A program made the position numbers and the translations under genes. A stretch of 64,000 nt of DNA from Schmidtea polychroa (lineage: Eukaryota): contig CM097885.1 of the NCBI GenBank assembly GCA_044892525.1, positions 25,794,001 to 25,858,000 on the forward strand. The letters run 5' to 3'. Positions 12,453 to 24,420 of the stretch are shown piece by piece. A model generated the notes under the pieces. The model did no database searches, had not been told where the DNA came from, and saw only the letters and a list, made by a program, of their open reading frames with translations. Position 1 is the first letter of the stretch; each line of letters starts with the position of its first letter.

Positions 12453-15029
12453 CAGGGCCGGGACTGACCGGCGTTCATTACGTGCGCCGCACGCAGGCGA
12501 CCAAATTAAAAGGAGGCCTGACGACCAGAAAAACAAAAAAAAATTAAAAAGCAAAATAACAATGTTAATATATAGTCATAGTCATATATATAAGAATATT
12601 TTGCTATGCGTATAGAACTAAATGATCCAGCTTGCTGGCCTTTAACACTTACCAATAAAATGCTGGATATTTTAATTGAAAAAGGCCCTATTCAAAATAT
12701 ACAATCTACATATCCACTAAATGAATTTGGAAGATCATTTTCAAAGGTTTATTTCTATAGAAAACTGCTAAATGGTAAAAAATTTAATCGCGAGTGGTTA
12801 ATCTACTCTCCAAAAAATGATGCCACATTTTGCTTCTGTTGTAAATTATTTGGCAAACAAGAAATAAAATTAGTTAATGAAGGCTTCAACGATTGGCAAC
12901 ACATATCTGACAACTTATCTCGTCACGAAAAAACATCGCTGCATATCGAAAATTGCACCTGTTGGAAAAAATTGGAATTAAATTTAAAAAGAAAAACTAC
13001 AATTGATAAGAATATGCAACGGTATTATGACGCCGAGAAAAAACGATGGTGTCAAATTGTCAGGCGCATGATATCTGTGGTACAATTTCTAGCAGGACAG
13101 TGTTTAGCTTTTAGAGGTTCTTCCAGCAAATTGTACGAAAAAAATAATGGAAATTTTCTGAAAGCAATTGAAATGATAGGAAAATTTGATGATATAATGG
13201 CAGACCACATAAAACGCGTACAAGAACCAATCGCTTTAAAGAACCCATTGCCACATTACCTGGGAAATCGCTTTCAAAATGAAATAATCACTATCCTTGC
13301 AACCCAAATTCAAAAATATATATTAACATCAATAAAAGAGGCAAAATATTTTTCAGTCATTTTGGACTGTACGCCGGACACTGGACATGTCGAGCAAATT
13401 ACAATGATTATTAGGTATGTACATATTAAAAATTATGAAGTTGAAGTAAGAGAAAATTTCATTGGCTTTTATCAAGCTGAAAAATGTACTGAAGAATCTT
13501 TTTACGACTTCTTAATTCAAAAGTTAAACTATCTTGAATTAAATATTAACGATATGAGGGGCCAAGGATACGATAATGGGTCTAATATGTCCGGAAGGAT
13601 TGAAATAAAAGAATTTTGGACAATTATCCACGAGCTCTGTTTATACCTTGCAACGCGCATACATTAAATTTGGCCATTAATGATGCAGCTAAAGTTTCGT
13701 TTTCAACGGTGGATTTTTTCAGTAATGTATCTGCAATATACAACTTTTTCAGTGGATCACCATTCAGATGGCAAGTTTTAAAGAAAAATGTAAATTCTTT
13801 AACATTGAAACAAGTTAGTGAAACTCGATGGGAAGCAAGAATTAAAGCGATTAGACCACTGCGAAATGAATTAGGTGAAATTTATGACAGCCTTATAGAA
13901 ATAGCTGAGGAATCTTCAATGCCAACAGTTCGACATGAAGCTGAATGTTTGGCAATGAAACCTAAATCTTATAAATTTATTTCTTCAATAATAATATGGT
14001 AGGAAATCTTGGAAAAGGTAGATTTTATTAGCAAAATGATGCAGAAAGTTTCTTGGAATATCAGTTCGTGTGCTGAATCAATTAAGGAAGTTTTGAAATT
14101 TTTCAAAAGCATTAGAAATGACGAAAGTTTCGAAATTTATTTGCAGATTTCTAATGAACTTTGTAAAGCACTTGAAACAGAACCGGATTTTCCTGCTGAA
14201 ATTAGTGTACGTCGCCGACATCACCGAAAACAATTTAGCTATGAAGGAGATGAAGATATTCAATTTACTCCAAAAGAACATTTTCAAATTAATTTTTTCT
14301 ATGTAATACTAGATACAGCTATTTCATCTCTTACCACCCGTTTTGAAACTTTGTCAAATTTCGAACAATGTTTTGGATTTCTATACAAATTTATTGATAT
14401 GGAACATGAGGAAATAAAAAAAAGTTGTTTCGATCTCCATAATAAATTTAAAGATGGTGAATCTTGTGATATCAGTGGTGTAGAATTATATCAAGAGTTA
14501 ATTTCTCTAAAAATTATCATAAAAGACAGAAAGCAGCCCGAAGAACTCATAAAGCTTTTATACAAATACAACTTGGAGACTTCTTTTCCAAATTTCGCCA
14601 CAAGTTTAAAACTTTTACTGACAGTCCCAGTATCTGTTGCATCTGGAGAGCGAAGTTTTTCAAAATTAAAAATATTCAAAAACCACCTGAGAACTTCAAT
14701 GACTCAAGAACGTCTCAGTAATATACCAATTATTGCAATTGAAAGTGAAATTGCTGATTCCTTAAATATTGAAGGGGCGATTGAAGAATTTGCCTCTAAA
14801 AAATCGCGTAGAGTAAATTTTTGATTGTAATATCATAGACTTATAGATGTGCCAAAACATATTAAAGTTTTATATTCAATGGTAATATGTACATGTACAT
14901 TAGATGTATAAGTATAATAATAAACATTAAGAATGAAAATTTGATTTTTTTTCTTTGATTTTGATGTGATCTCAAAGGGCGGCCATGCATACTAGCACGC
15001 AGGCGGCCATATACCCAGACACGGCCCTG
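12453..15029 (+). mobile_element. hAT DNA transposon, 2577 bp, non-functional
   Basis: TIRs CAGGGCCGGGACTG / CAGACACGGCCCTG; perfect 8-bp TSD TTGGTTGT (12445-12452, 15030-15037); empty site present in the other duplication arm. Confidence 0.97.
12606..14824 (+). pseudogene. ZMYM1-like hAT transposase pseudogene
   Basis: TTF-type zinc finger (WLIYS...FCFCCKLF), LAFRG, DCTPD, GQGYDNGSNM, CNAH, TRW, ASGERSFSKLK; frameshift near 13600 and TAG at 14000-14002. Confidence 0.95.
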
Positions 15030-15653
15030 TTGGTTGTATACTTTTATTTGATCAATGTCGAATAGCGACTACGTTTCATTCCTTTTGCAGTCCCAAATAG
15101 TTGATTATCGAATAAGTTTCATATCTGTAAGTATGTAATCATTCGAGACATCAAATACGGGATGGGAAGGAAACACAAAGGAGACATTTTGATCGAATTT
15201 CAGTGGTGATCTTCTCAATTTGTATAATCCAAAGACTTGGCCTTGACAGTAGTGTGTGAGATATTGCCATATACAGTTAGATAGACAGATCGAATTTATT
15301 GAATTTCCCATATCAGGTGTTGGCAAAGATTTGACTCTCACAACTGAAACCAAATCAATATCTTCTATAACTCTATCATGCCACATCTCAGAGTTTTTGA
15401 ATTTGTATCATCAAATAAAAATTAATTTCAACTTTAAGTGGTATTAAATCCAACATTTCGTTACTTATATCAATTAATAACTCACGACTAAACATTTCTA
15501 TGACCATTCACTTATCACGAAAAACAATTATCTACTTTCATTTGAGAAAAGCATTTTAGTAAAATTTCAACCAAATATTATATGATAAATCAAGCAATAA
15601 ATATAAAGAAAAGGTACAAAATTATATTAAAATTTATTTAACAAATCATTAAT

Positions 15654-16015
15654 TTAAAATTCTTTTTCCATGAGTATATGCGGCATTACATATTTTGATT
15701 CACCTGTAATATAATAAAAATTTGATCGCAACATAACAAATTAAACTTACAATGAATATGACGTGGAGCTTCAAACTCAAGATTCTCATTAAGAATATCA
15801 AAAGCTAAATTAAATGACCATTGTCCTGGAAGTCGATCAGTGTGATTTTTGAATGTTTTGCGTTCCATTTTATACATCAAAGCTGGGCCCAAACCAAAAC
15901 CTTTAACCATATGCTTAACAAATATATCTTCATTTTTTCCATTAGTTAACAAATATTGAAGTTTTTTATCTATAGTTTGACTTTTTTTAGTAAAAGTTGA
16001 TTCAGCAAAGCTCAT
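15654..16015 (-). CDS. POMP: proteasome maturation factor POMP/UMP1-like protein, copy 1 (exons 16015-15751, 15703-15654; 104 aa)
   Basis: Removing a 47-bp GTAAGT...TTACAG intron gives FGLGPALMYKMERK...RLPGQWSFNLAFDIL...PHILMEKEF*, matching the UMP1 motif order GLxxPLxLxME / RLPxxxSxNLxLDVL / PHxxxE. The N-terminal HPLE motif is not evident. Confidence 0.65.
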
Positions 16016-16428
16016 TTCAAAATATTTTTAAAAAACTAGAATAATTAATAATATTTAAATATTTAAACAAGGTTGATTTTTATTTATTACAATGTCAATA
16101 ATGATCATTTCAATTATATTTTTATTACATTTTTTTCTATCAACCTTAGATTATGACAGAAACTTTTTGACGAGTTTTTGTCGACATGCACTAGCGCCTA
16201 AAATTTCGGATATAATGTTATTGAAAATAAAATCAGTTAGAAGTTTAGCTAGGTTTCTGAAAATCCTTGGTAAAGAATAGTAGTACTTGACAAAAAGAAA
16301 TACTGCGCTGATTCTTTTGTAATAGTTGCTGAAATTGCTGACAAATAATTCCGTCGGCAAATTGTTTTATGAAATATCAATAGCGATTAAAGCATTAATT
16401 TAAATTTACTCGATGACATGGCCACAGA

Positions 16429-17280
16429 AGTTAGAAATACATATCGTCGGACTACATTAATGTATGGAGTTGTTGTGCCTATTCTAGTTTTATATCCTAG
16501 ATATCCATTGTGTGTAAATAGTTGCTATGACTCGAATTTTCACAGTGATGTTCAGTAATTAATGTTTATTAATTATAGTTGTTTTAATAATAGAACAGAC
16601 ACGTTGGATTATTTTAAATATTTAAATATGCTTTATTTGTTAATTGTTATTTGTTATTATGATTTGTAAAGAAATTGTAACTGGCGACCACGCCGAGAAA
16701 ATAGAGCCTATTCCAGTAGTGACAAGAAATCAGCATAGAAAGATTGTTATGGAATCTTTTCCTGAGCAGGCAAAATATATTTTAAATTTTAATATCAGAA
16801 GATTCGAAGGCCGAAGCACGATAGAAGCAGAAAAATGGCTCAAGGATATTGAACATTGGATGATCCTTAATGATCTAAATTTAGTAAGTATTTTTGATTT
16901 GTTATTGTTTGAAGAGGCATCTATTCTCTGGAAGGAATTTAAAGACATCTTCACAACAAATGAAAAAGCTCGTGAATGCTTTAATGACACATTTACACAT
17001 TTCCAATTATGGATAAGATTTGTGACCTATCATCAGTGAAACAAAATCATGATGAAAGATTAGTTACATTCGTGATATGAGTGAAGAAATTCGTTGACGA
17101 GGTTTTCGACTGTAGAATTTCAAAAGAGAACATTGTCGAAATGATTTTGTGCAACAGAGTTCGAAATGAACGTTTGACAGAAAACATAAAAGCATACATA
17201 ACAACAATTGGAGCGAAACTCAAACCCATCCAAAAACCAAATAAACACTTAAACAGAATTTACATGACATCAAAATAAGA
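16429..17280 (+). mobile_element. Ty3/gypsy 5' fragment: LTR (16429-16682), PBS, degenerate gag
   Basis: 254-bp LTR AGTTA...TAACT followed (1-nt overlap) by TGGCGACCACG, consistent with a tRNA-Arg primer site; then gag-like IRRFEGRSTIEAEKWLKDIEHW with frameshifts. Confidence 0.75.
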
Positions 17281-17639
17281 AACCACAAAAGTAAATAAAA
17301 ATGAGACAGAAGAAAGAAGTATTACATAAAATTAACTCAAACACAACATATATATACAACAACAATAAGCAAATTTGAATTAAATGCCGATGAGAAGGGA
17401 TATGAACAGAAATTAGAGTTCCACGAATAACATTGAAAAATAATTGATAAATAACAATTACAGCTTAAAAATAAAATAAAATTAGTAAAAATGGCAAAAT
17501 CCATCATTTACGTATTCGAAGTGATGCAACAAAATTGACAAAAAATCAACATTCAATAATTAAATTTAACAAAAAGTAAAAAGAAATAACATAAGAATTA
17601 AAAGAAAATAAGAATTAGGCACAATATCGACGAAAATAA

Positions 17640-18375
17640 CAGAAAATGCCCATATCCATCATGGCGGCAAATTTAATGAAAATAAATAAAATATAAAAAT
17701 CAGAAAATAAAATTAATTATAACTCACAAGAAATCTCCATTAAAATTAATAAAAATAGAAATTCGAAATTAAGTAGAATAAAAATAATTCAAATTTGTTT
17801 TAGTCAATCAATGCACGCACACATACTTGCACACCAAAATTAGAATATATATACCGACGCTTTTCAGTCACAAAAACTACCTTATGCAACTTGTGCTATC
17901 TATGCCAATTTTGTAGTAACTTATTACCAAGATAGTAAGGAATTTTTATTTGTTTTTGTAATTTTTGAAGTAATATCTTGATGAATAGATTTTAGCTTTT
18001 TGATGTTACGGAATCGTTTCTCCCATAATTACTCAATGTATATAATGATATTCTTTTCGGGTCCACAGCCACCTACATACAAGATAGTAAAATGATCGAT
18101 AACCCGAAGGGTTGGTGTTACTGCGTCGTATGTACTTCGTGGTGACCGATGTAGACAATGGGCATGATTGACATTGTCTACATATGGTGTAAATTATTTA
18201 AATAAAATTTACTGAGGTTACGGCGAGCCTTTAGTTCGTCCGTAGCTCCGAGATCCCCACACAATATTAAGGATTCACCGCACCGAATCCAGTGGGCCGA
18301 TGCGATGATCAGTTTTCTTTATTAATTAATTACTCATATTAGAAGTTGACCACACATTCAAACTCAACACTCAAT
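17640..18375 (+). mobile_element. diverged copy of the promoter/leader part of the giant-LTR-like family
   Basis: Collinear blocks shared with the reverse complement of 25260-25975: ATCCATCATGG, TTTGTTTTA, TATATATAC..TTTCAGTCA, CTGCGTCGT, CACACAA..TAAGG, CAGTGGG, AAACTCAACACT. Confidence 0.7.
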
Positions 18376-18639
18376 CTACTATCTATGTCATTGTTGTCCA
18401 AAATGTGTGACAAGATGTGTAAAAATTTAAAATTACTAAGGTTTTAGAGTTGTATATAAAAATAAATCTATAACTTGTTTTTTTTCTTCACGATGGTAGC
18501 TAGAAATGTATTTAAATCGAACATTTCTAATAAGAGTTTGCCTATAATAATATAAGAATTTGAAAATTATAATTATTACTTAAAAACTTTTTATAAATGG
18601 AATTTTACAACGAAATTCTTTTGATTATAATTGCAATTT

Positions 18640-19213
18640 TTAAACCGCATTAGTAATTAAAGTAAAATTTTGAAAATCTTCAAGAATCTTTTTTGAAATA
18701 CTTTCCATCCATTGATATACGAAATTATGTGGGTTCAGAATCCATTTGTTGTTCGTGATATTTCTAATTTGTCGATATTTGAGCAGGAACAATTGCTTGA
18801 TATAGTCCACAAAAATGAATTTGTTGAAAAAGAGACTTCAGCTTTTTGGATGACACTATGAACCGAATTTCCTCAACTGACAAATCATGCAGTTCATTTG
18901 TTGCTGCCATTCGGATCATCATACCTCTGAGAACTAGGATTTTCTACCCTTACAGAAATAAAATCAAAAAAACGTGAAAGATTAAAGATGATTGACAGCG
19001 AATTAAGAGTATGTCTATCATGCACGAGTCGCATTTTGAGCTTATATGCGCAAAACAAAACGCTCAAGTATCTCATTAACAAATATTCAATATGAACGAT
19101 TTTTCAAGTGTGTTGTTTTTTCTTATAAAATATTGTAGGTTTTTTCGAAAGCGCCATGAGTGATTTTATGTTTACTTAGTGTGCCGTGCGCGATTTCCAG
19201 TTGGACAACACTG
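18640..19213 (+). pseudogene. hAT (Buster/Charlie, ZBED5-like) transposase 3' fragment with right end
   Basis: WVQNPF...EQEQLLDI...[39 protein letters not shown]; ends in a hAT-like terminus GTTGGACAACACTG. Confidence 0.8.
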
Positions 19214-19767
19214 ATCTATGTGTTGGATGACGAGGCTAAATCAATCACCACATTCACCCTCAATAAATATTATAAGACGGGCCTAGAGAGTACAGAATTA
19301 ATATATGTGTCGAAGACAAGCAATAGCTTGGATCGTTCAGTAACATCTATTCAAAAAAGATCCAGACAATATTCATGCAATTCCGAAGCAATCAAATGTA
19401 TCCTGTGTGTATTTAATCAACAAGTAACTATCCTTTGTGTTATTAATTGATTAAATGTTATGATTATTGGTGTATATTTTAATTATTTTTATCTTATGTA
19501 GAATAGAACTTTATTTTATCGTACGAATAAGAAAACTTTGTATATATTATTGAGTAGCTTGTCAGATTTTTTTTAATATACGGTTTAGGATATATCTTTC
19601 CTTATACATATTTAATATTTTAACAGCAATAATTTAAGGCACAGTTTTGATGAATTACAACTGAAGAAATATCTACTGAGTAAATCTGAGGAAGTGGAAT
19701 AAAGTGAAAAGTTATCGAAATTGAAGCTGGGAAACGGGAGAGGACCTGAAGTCGTTATTTCAGCAAA

Positions 19768-21037
19768 CGACAAAAACTCGTCAAAAAGTTTCTGTCATAA
19801 TCTAAGGTTGATAGAAAAAAATGTAATAAAAATATAATTGAAATGATCATTATTGACATTGTAATAAATAAAAATCAACCTTGTTTAAATATTTAAATAT
19901 TATTAATTATTCTAGTTTTTTAAAAATATTTTGAAATGAGCTTTGCTGAATCAACTTTTACTAAAAAAAGTCAAACTATAGATAAAAAACTTCAATATTT
20001 GTTAACTAATGGAAAAAATGAAGATATATTTGTTAAGCATATGGTTAAAGGTTTTGGTTTGGGCCCAGCTTTGATGTATAAAATGGAACGCAAAACATTC
20101 AAAAATCACACTGATCGACTTCCAGGACAATGGTCATTTAATTTAGCTTTTGATATTCTTAATGAGAATCTTGAGTTTGAAGCTCCACGTCATATTCATT
20201 GTAAGTTTAATTTGTTATGTTGCGATCAAATTTTTATTATATTACAGGTGAATCAAAATATGTAATGCCGCATATACTCATGGAAAAAGAATTTTAAATT
20301 AATGATTTGTTAAATAAATTTTAATATAATTTTGTACCTTTTCTTTATATTTATTGCTTGATTTATCATATAATATTTGGTTGAAATTTTACTAAAATGC
20401 TTTTCTCAAATGAAAGTAGATAATTGTTTTTCGTGATAAGTGAATGGTCATAGAAATGTTTAGTCGTGAGTTATTAATTGATATAAGTAACGAAATGTTG
20501 GATTTAATACCACTTAAAAGTTGAAATTAATTTTTATTTGATGATACAAATTCAAAAACTCTGAGATGTGGCATGATAGAGTTATAGAAGATATTGATTT
20601 GGTTTCAGTTGTGAGAGTCAAATCTTTGCCAACACCTGATATGGGAAATTCAATAAATTCGATCTGTCTATCTAACTGTATATGGCAATATCTCACACAC
20701 TACTGTCAAGGCCAAGTCTTTGGATTATACAAATTGAGAAGTTACATACTTACAGATATGAAACTGATTCGATAATCAACTATTTGGGACTGCAAAAGGA
20801 ATGCAACGTAGTCGCTATTCGACATTGATCAAATAAAAGTATACAACCAAAACTAGGTATAAAACACAACAACTGTAACCAAATGATTTTATTAACTCTC
20901 CATCAATTTTGAGTAAATTGGGATCACTTTGTTGAGTTTATAAAGAGTTTCCTTGTCTCCTTATGTAAAATTACTGAAATCTACTAAATTGAAATTATTA
21001 TTTCTACAAAGAACTTTGTACAACTCGACTATAATTT
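19768..21037. repeat. right arm of inverted duplication
   Basis: Reverse complement of 12258-12452 plus 15038-16183; has an in-frame 72-bp deletion relative to the left arm and the empty hAT site. Confidence 0.95.
19936..20297 (+). CDS. POMP: proteasome maturation factor POMP/UMP1-like protein, copy 2 (exons 19936-20200, 20248-20297; 104 aa)
   Basis: Same protein and same 47-bp intron (20201-20247) as copy 1. Confidence 0.65.
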
Positions 21038-21048
21038 AATGAGATTGA

Positions 21049-21288
21049 AGTTACACAAAATAATGATTACAAGTTTCAAAATATGTATGTTTTTTGAAAA
21101 TCTTGATTCTAATCCAACTGGGAGATAATTACATAAGTTAAATCCATCTTTAGATCCATCTTTAAATTTCACAGAAAAATCTTGAAACTAACAATATATA
21201 TTTATTCAAAGAATTTATAAATAACAAGTTTTAATTAATTCACTAAAACCGCCAATTCCAAATTATTTAAACAAAAAGATATCTAACT
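21049..21288 (-). repeat. 3' LTR (240 bp) of the gypsy element, AGTTA...TAACT termini
   Basis: Begins immediately after the polypurine tract (21289-21297) that follows the integrase stop; 5-bp terminal inverted repeat; TATAAA and AATAAA on the minus strand. Confidence 0.65.
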
Positions 21289-22427
21289 CTCCCCTTCTTA
21301 AGACTTTTTCCACTTCTTCAGCCACTCGATTCTTCTTTCTTTCGTTCCTTCTTGTGAATGTAGTTCGAATCGATGAGGTGATAGAAATCTGGCGATTTTA
21401 TATGGGCTATCGTATTGCATACCATCCTTGTGCCTTTTCTGCGGCTCTTTACGTACGAGTACCTCCTCCCCCACCTCGAAAACACGAGTGCCCCTCTTTG
21501 TCTTATCCATAGCTCTCATAGTGTCTGCGGCTTTACTCGAGTTAAATCTCGAGTCTTCGATTCTTTCGCTTCTTGATATCTCGGCTTGTTTCAGATTAGA
21601 GTGTAGGTTAACACTCCGTCCATAAATTATCTCAAATGGTGAAAAATCTGTAGCACTTTGTCGACTGCTATTTATAGTGACCTCTATTCTGGGTAGAAGT
21701 TCGTGCCAGTTTCTCTCTTCACATCCGCCTGCCAATGTTGCTGTAATAAGATCTCTTATTGTTCGTATGGCTCTTTCGGCTAAACCATTTGATTGGTGCT
21801 GTTAAGGTGAGCTGAATTCCTGTTTGATTCCAGGTTTCTGTAGCTTCTGTCTTAGGAAATTACCTTCAAAATTTCGGCCTCTATCTGTTAAAATACTCAG
21901 GTTTTCCAAATTGATAGATCAAACTATTAAGTATTGTTTTGAAAATGGTACCTTCGTCTTGCTTTGTGATTGCAGTTAAAGAAATCAGTTTGCTAACACG
22001 GTCCACCATTACTACCATATATATATTTTTACCGTTTTGGTGGGTTAATGGTGGTTGAATGATTAAGTGCTGTTACCAGCGTAACCCAAAATACAACATT
22101 AGAGTTTCCGCTTGGTACCCGTTGAGTAATCAACGTTGGTACTGTACCAAGGGTTGAGTACTCGCAAAAAGTGAGCGCATCATGGCACTATAATTGTCGA
22201 GTATTCCATGGGTTCACGGACTACCGATAGAAGGTGTGTGTCCGATTTCTCAGGTCCCTTATCAAAATTGTTTTCCCAAAATCTCAACTCGCTAATTCTC
22301 AATCACTCGATATTTGCGGACAATACACCTTATACAACACTTGTTAACTAAATTGTATTTACACCATAACAATAAACAACCAAAAATTCAATGCGTATAG
22401 TCCAGATGACTGTTCGTATTGCTGGGA

Positions 22428-22859
22428 TTACGTGGGCGTCGCCCTTTCTTGTCGTTCATACTCGGCTAATCTGGCCTTCTTTAGCTTTTCCCGGATGTTT
22501 CGTCCTAGCCGCTTCCTTTTGGGCTTATCTTTCGCTGCCGGAGGGTAAATTGCTGCCAACTCCACGGTCAACGGCCGGATTTGACTTATTGTGGCTCCGT
22601 GAACCGCTTGTTCATTGCGTTCGGTTTCTAACGCGCGGAGTTGGAGCTTCAAGGCCCGGATCTCCATCTGATCCTGTGTGGCTTGGGTCTGCAGTTGGAG
22701 GACCTGCGCCACCTTCTTTTTCATATCCTGGGGACTAAACCAGGTGCTTTCTAGTTCCCGGCACCGTCCCTTGAGTCTGTCCACTCGGACTCGGAGATCC
22801 TCGGCCTTTTTTTGTGCTTCTTCCCTGTCCTTCCGTAGGGTCTCCAATAGTTTGAACAC
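22428..22859 (-). CDS. element-borne coiled-coil/basic protein (ORF B), probably a spliced exon
   Basis: 143 open codons, heptad-like helical stretches and a basic KPKRKR...KLKKAR tail; begins at a TTTCTTTTAG acceptor (22859) rather than an ATG. Confidence 0.6.
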   Translation of the reverse strand: MFKLLETLRKDREEAQKKAEDLRVRVDRLKGRCRELESTWFSPQDMKKKVAQVLQLQTQATQDQMEIRALKLQLRALETERNEQAVHGATISQIRPLTVELAAIYPPAAKDKPKRKRLGRNIREKLKKARLAEYERQERATPT

Positions 22860-23096
22860 TAAAAGAAATATTCTTAGATTATGTTATTACACCATGATAT
22901 TCGCTTGATAAGATCGGTACTGGTTACAAAGACATTTTATCATTATTGAAGACCAACCCATTTTTACGATAATTTATTAAAGAAGAAACTCATTCAAAGT
23001 AAAGTTCATCATCAGATCAAATCTTATTAATTCATTACAGAGGAGATTTATTCAGAGTAAAGTTCATGTCTATCGCGAGTTAGAATTGAGGACGAG

Positions 23097-23462
23097 TTAG
23101 GCCGGGTACTTGCGAGGCCTCCCCCTTTTCCGCGGGGTCGCCTCGGCCTCCTCCAGGTCCTCCAGAGTCTTTCCTTCTCGGATTGCCCGGATTTGCATGT
23201 CGAGTTTCTTCAGTCGCATCTGGGCCGCGTCCACCTCGACGGCCGCTCGGTCGCGGGCCTTCTGTAAAAGGTCGTTTCCCGGCTCCTCCTTCACCCACGC
23301 CGGGGCATCTACTTCGGGGCCCTTCCGGATCACTCGATCTGTGTAGTTCAGGTCCCGTCCCTGACTCCACCGATGGATGTGGTACCAAATGTACCGGGTC
23401 CGGAGTCGGGTGATCGTCTGCCGATCGGCTTCTTCGATGCTGCTGCTGTCAGAGTAGGACAT
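23097..23462 (-). CDS. element-borne AT-hook protein (ORF A, 121 aa)
   Basis: Intact ATG-TAA ORF, GC-rich, short coiled-coil, C-terminal RKRGRPRKY AT-hook; TTTGCAG acceptor 2 nt before the ATG and AATAAA ~45 nt after the stop. Confidence 0.7.
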   Translation of the reverse strand: MSYSDSSSIEEADRQTITRLRTRYIWYHIHRWSQGRDLNYTDRVIRKGPEVDAPAWVKEEPGNDLLQKARDRAAVEVDAAQMRLKKLDMQIRAIREGKTLEDLEEAEATPRKRGRPRKYPA

Positions 23463-23989
23463 TTCTGCAAAGTAACAATCAGGTCACTTTATACAGATTA
23501 TGTTACGAAGTTAAACACGGGATTTTGTTAATCCCTTTTCCCCCTTTTTTAAAAATTCAACGTTAACGAAAAAGAAAATTCTTTATTTTCCAGCTAACAC
23601 ATATGAGCCTAAGAACAATAGATTAAAATCACATTCATTATCAACTAGATTAAAAGGAATTTCGTCGAAAATCCGTTTGTTTAAATTAATCATTTACATT
23701 CCAGAATTTGTTTACCACTAAATGGTAATTTTAATTGCTATTTATAAATTTTAGTTTATACTTGATTAAAATGTAAAGTTTTTGGATCATCATTTTTAGG
23801 CCACTAAATTCGGGCACGCTGGGGCGACAGGTGCTAGCAACGAACTAAGCTCTTCGTCTGCTTACCTTTCCTTCGGTTGTGCTCGTTATGAGTGGTTTGC
23901 TCTGCATACAAGTAATTTATTTAATTTGCTAATTTCTAAATTTCCAGGTGATCGATATCGGATTGGGATATCGATTTTTTGTAGTTAAA

Positions 23990-24138
23990 TGTAATAATAA
24001 TACCAATAATAATAACAATGAAATAACGATACTAATAATAATGATAATAACGATAATAATAATATTAATAATAATAATAGCAATGATAGTAATAATAATA
24101 AGAATAATAATAAATTTTAACAATGGTAATGATAATGG

Positions 24139-24171
<33 letters not shown>

Positions 24172-24267
24172 CAAGAATAATAATAAATTTTAATAATGGT
24201 ACTGATAATGATGATAATAATAATAATGCTTATTATGATATTCATAATAATGATAATAATAATAATA

Positions 24268-24344
<77 letters not shown>

Positions 24345-24420
24345 GTAATGATAATGTTGATACTGTTAATAGTAATAACAAGGGAAATGATCCGGATTAT
24401 GATAACTATAATTTTATAAT
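23990..24420. repeat. degenerate (AAT)n microsatellite inside the 4.4-kb element
   Basis: Long AAT/GAT/AAC array with a perfect core around 24273-24343. Confidence 0.95.

Larger units (their letters stand above)
12258..16183. repeat. left arm of ~1.3-kb inverted duplication (interrupted by hAT 12453-15029)
   Basis: After removing the hAT and one TSD it is the near-identical reverse complement of 19768-21037. Confidence 0.95.

Noticed and set aside
15105..15447. ORFs in the outer part of the duplication arms
   Set aside because: Differ between arms by indels, have stops nearby and no recognisable motif.
18149..18248. Hammerhead ribozyme or tRNA in the leader hairpins
   Set aside because: No CTGATGA/GAAA core with the required stems and no cloverleaf seen.
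22391..23413. Plus-strand and alternative-frame ORFs over the GC-rich island
   Set aside because: Expected shadows of ORFs A and B in GC-rich DNA; no motifs or flanking signals.
23929..24419. Poly-Ile/Leu/Asn ORFs in the ORF track
   Set aside because: Translations of the (AAT)n microsatellite.
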